The position numbers were made by a program, and so were the translations under genes. Below the pieces are notes generated by a model, which had not been told where the DNA came from, ran no database searches, and was given only the letters and a program-made list of their open reading frames with translations. From a virus (Duplodnaviria; Caudoviricetes), in the IMG/VR virus record IMGVR_UViG_3300033067_001492, positions 1 through 33,610 of that record: 33,610 bases of DNA; one strand, given 5' to 3'. Positions 32,848-33,610 of the stretch are shown here, one piece after another; the first letter of the stretch is position 1, and each line of letters begins with the position of its first letter.

Positions 32848-33264
32848 ATGCGCGTTGCGGCAGAAAACCTGGTCTGGGACACCGTTGATTCCTCGTCGGC
32901 GACTTACGCGTCAACGTCTGGGGACACGAGCAACACGGCGCTGTACTCCGGCCCGATCGCGCTGCGCCATCTGAACGGCTACGCGATCCAGCTCAACATC
33001 GCATCCGGCACGCCCACGGGCACGTTCAAGCTGCAAGGTTCGTGCAGCAACCCGCGCATCACCGGCAACGGCAGCTACCCGAACGACGCCAGCGCGATGG
33101 TCTGGGACGACCTCTCTGGCCTGACGTCGGTGTACGCGGCGGCGGGTCACAACATGTGGAACGTCGACGGCGCCGGCTACCTGTGGGTGCGCGTCGTGTG
33201 GACCGAGACGCCCGGTAGCTCGGGCAGTGTGACTGGCACCTTCTACGGCAAGGGAGCGACCTGA
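32848..33264 (+). CDS. small beta-sandwich virion protein
   Basis: GTFKLQGS...WDDL...YLWVRVVW pattern seen in small phage structural proteins; AAGGA SD. Confidence 0.65.
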   Translation: MRVAAENLVWDTVDSSSATYASTSGDTSNTALYSGPIALRHLNGYAIQLNIASGTPTGTFKLQGSCSNPRITGNGSYPNDASAMVWDDLSGLTSVYAAAGHNMWNVDGAGYLWVRVVWTETPGSSGSVTGTFYGKGAT

Positions 33265-33266
33265 CC

Positions 33267-33610
33267 ATGGCTGTCCGTGAACGCAATGGCGCCCCTGGCG
33301 CCGGGTACAACATCGTCACCCTGCTCTCCAACGATGGGCCGGTAGACATGGACGTCGACCTGACCGGCCTCGTTGTGGTCAACACGGTTTACACCGTCAC
33401 CCCCACCGGCACCAGCGCCGACGCGGCGAACATCCAGGCGGCGCTCACGGCGATGGCGGCCGTTGGTGGCCGCGTCATCCTCAAGGCGGGCACGTACACC
33501 GTGACCAGCGCCGTCACGGGCGCGAGCAACGTGGTCGTCGAGTTCATGCCGGGGGCGGTGCTGGACATCTCGACCGGGATCACGGTGACGATCCACGGGG
33601 TCGTCTACGA
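33267..33610 (+). CDS. tailspike / beta-helix depolymerase-like protein, 5' part (runs off the window)
   Basis: ATG 33267; DAANIQAALTAMAAVGGRVILKAGTYTV matches the cap that precedes pectate-lyase-like beta-helices. Confidence 0.7.
   Translation, partial: MAVRERNGAPGAGYNIVTLLSNDGPVDMDVDLTGLVVVNTVYTVTPTGTSADAANIQAALTAMAAVGGRVILKAGTYTVTSAVTGASNVVVEFMPGAVLDISTGITVTIHGVVY

Overview
A GC-rich tailed-phage (or prophage) segment with almost all genes on the + strand and a podovirus-like morphogenesis layout; no tape measure or sheath gene is visible. The left ~6 kb is an early/replication region: the end of a Cro-like HTH, small Cys-rich ORFs, a C5-cytosine methyltransferase locus, a DnaA-domain-IV-like protein, a replication initiator with internal iterons, and a RusA-like resolvase. 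A structured non-coding stretch and a degenerate antisense tRNA-Leu(CAA) follow. Next come terS, about nine small ORFs including a GNAT-like protein, terL, a five-gene accessory virion cassette, portal, scaffold, major capsid, adaptor, fibre, an antisense lipoprotein, tail nozzle, four ejection-like proteins and the start of a tailspike. The most striking locus is the methyltransferase. Its motifs are spread over four reading-frame pieces in all three + frames: an HNH gene is inserted after motif III, a 7-nt TAATGCG sits exactly between the catalytic Pro and Cys codons, and a motif-IX subunit is overprinted in another frame. An 18-23 bp motif (AAGSCTTCTGCTAGCCGC) precedes four late modules, and two copies bracket the accessory cassette. 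All calls come from reading motifs by eye; no searches were run.
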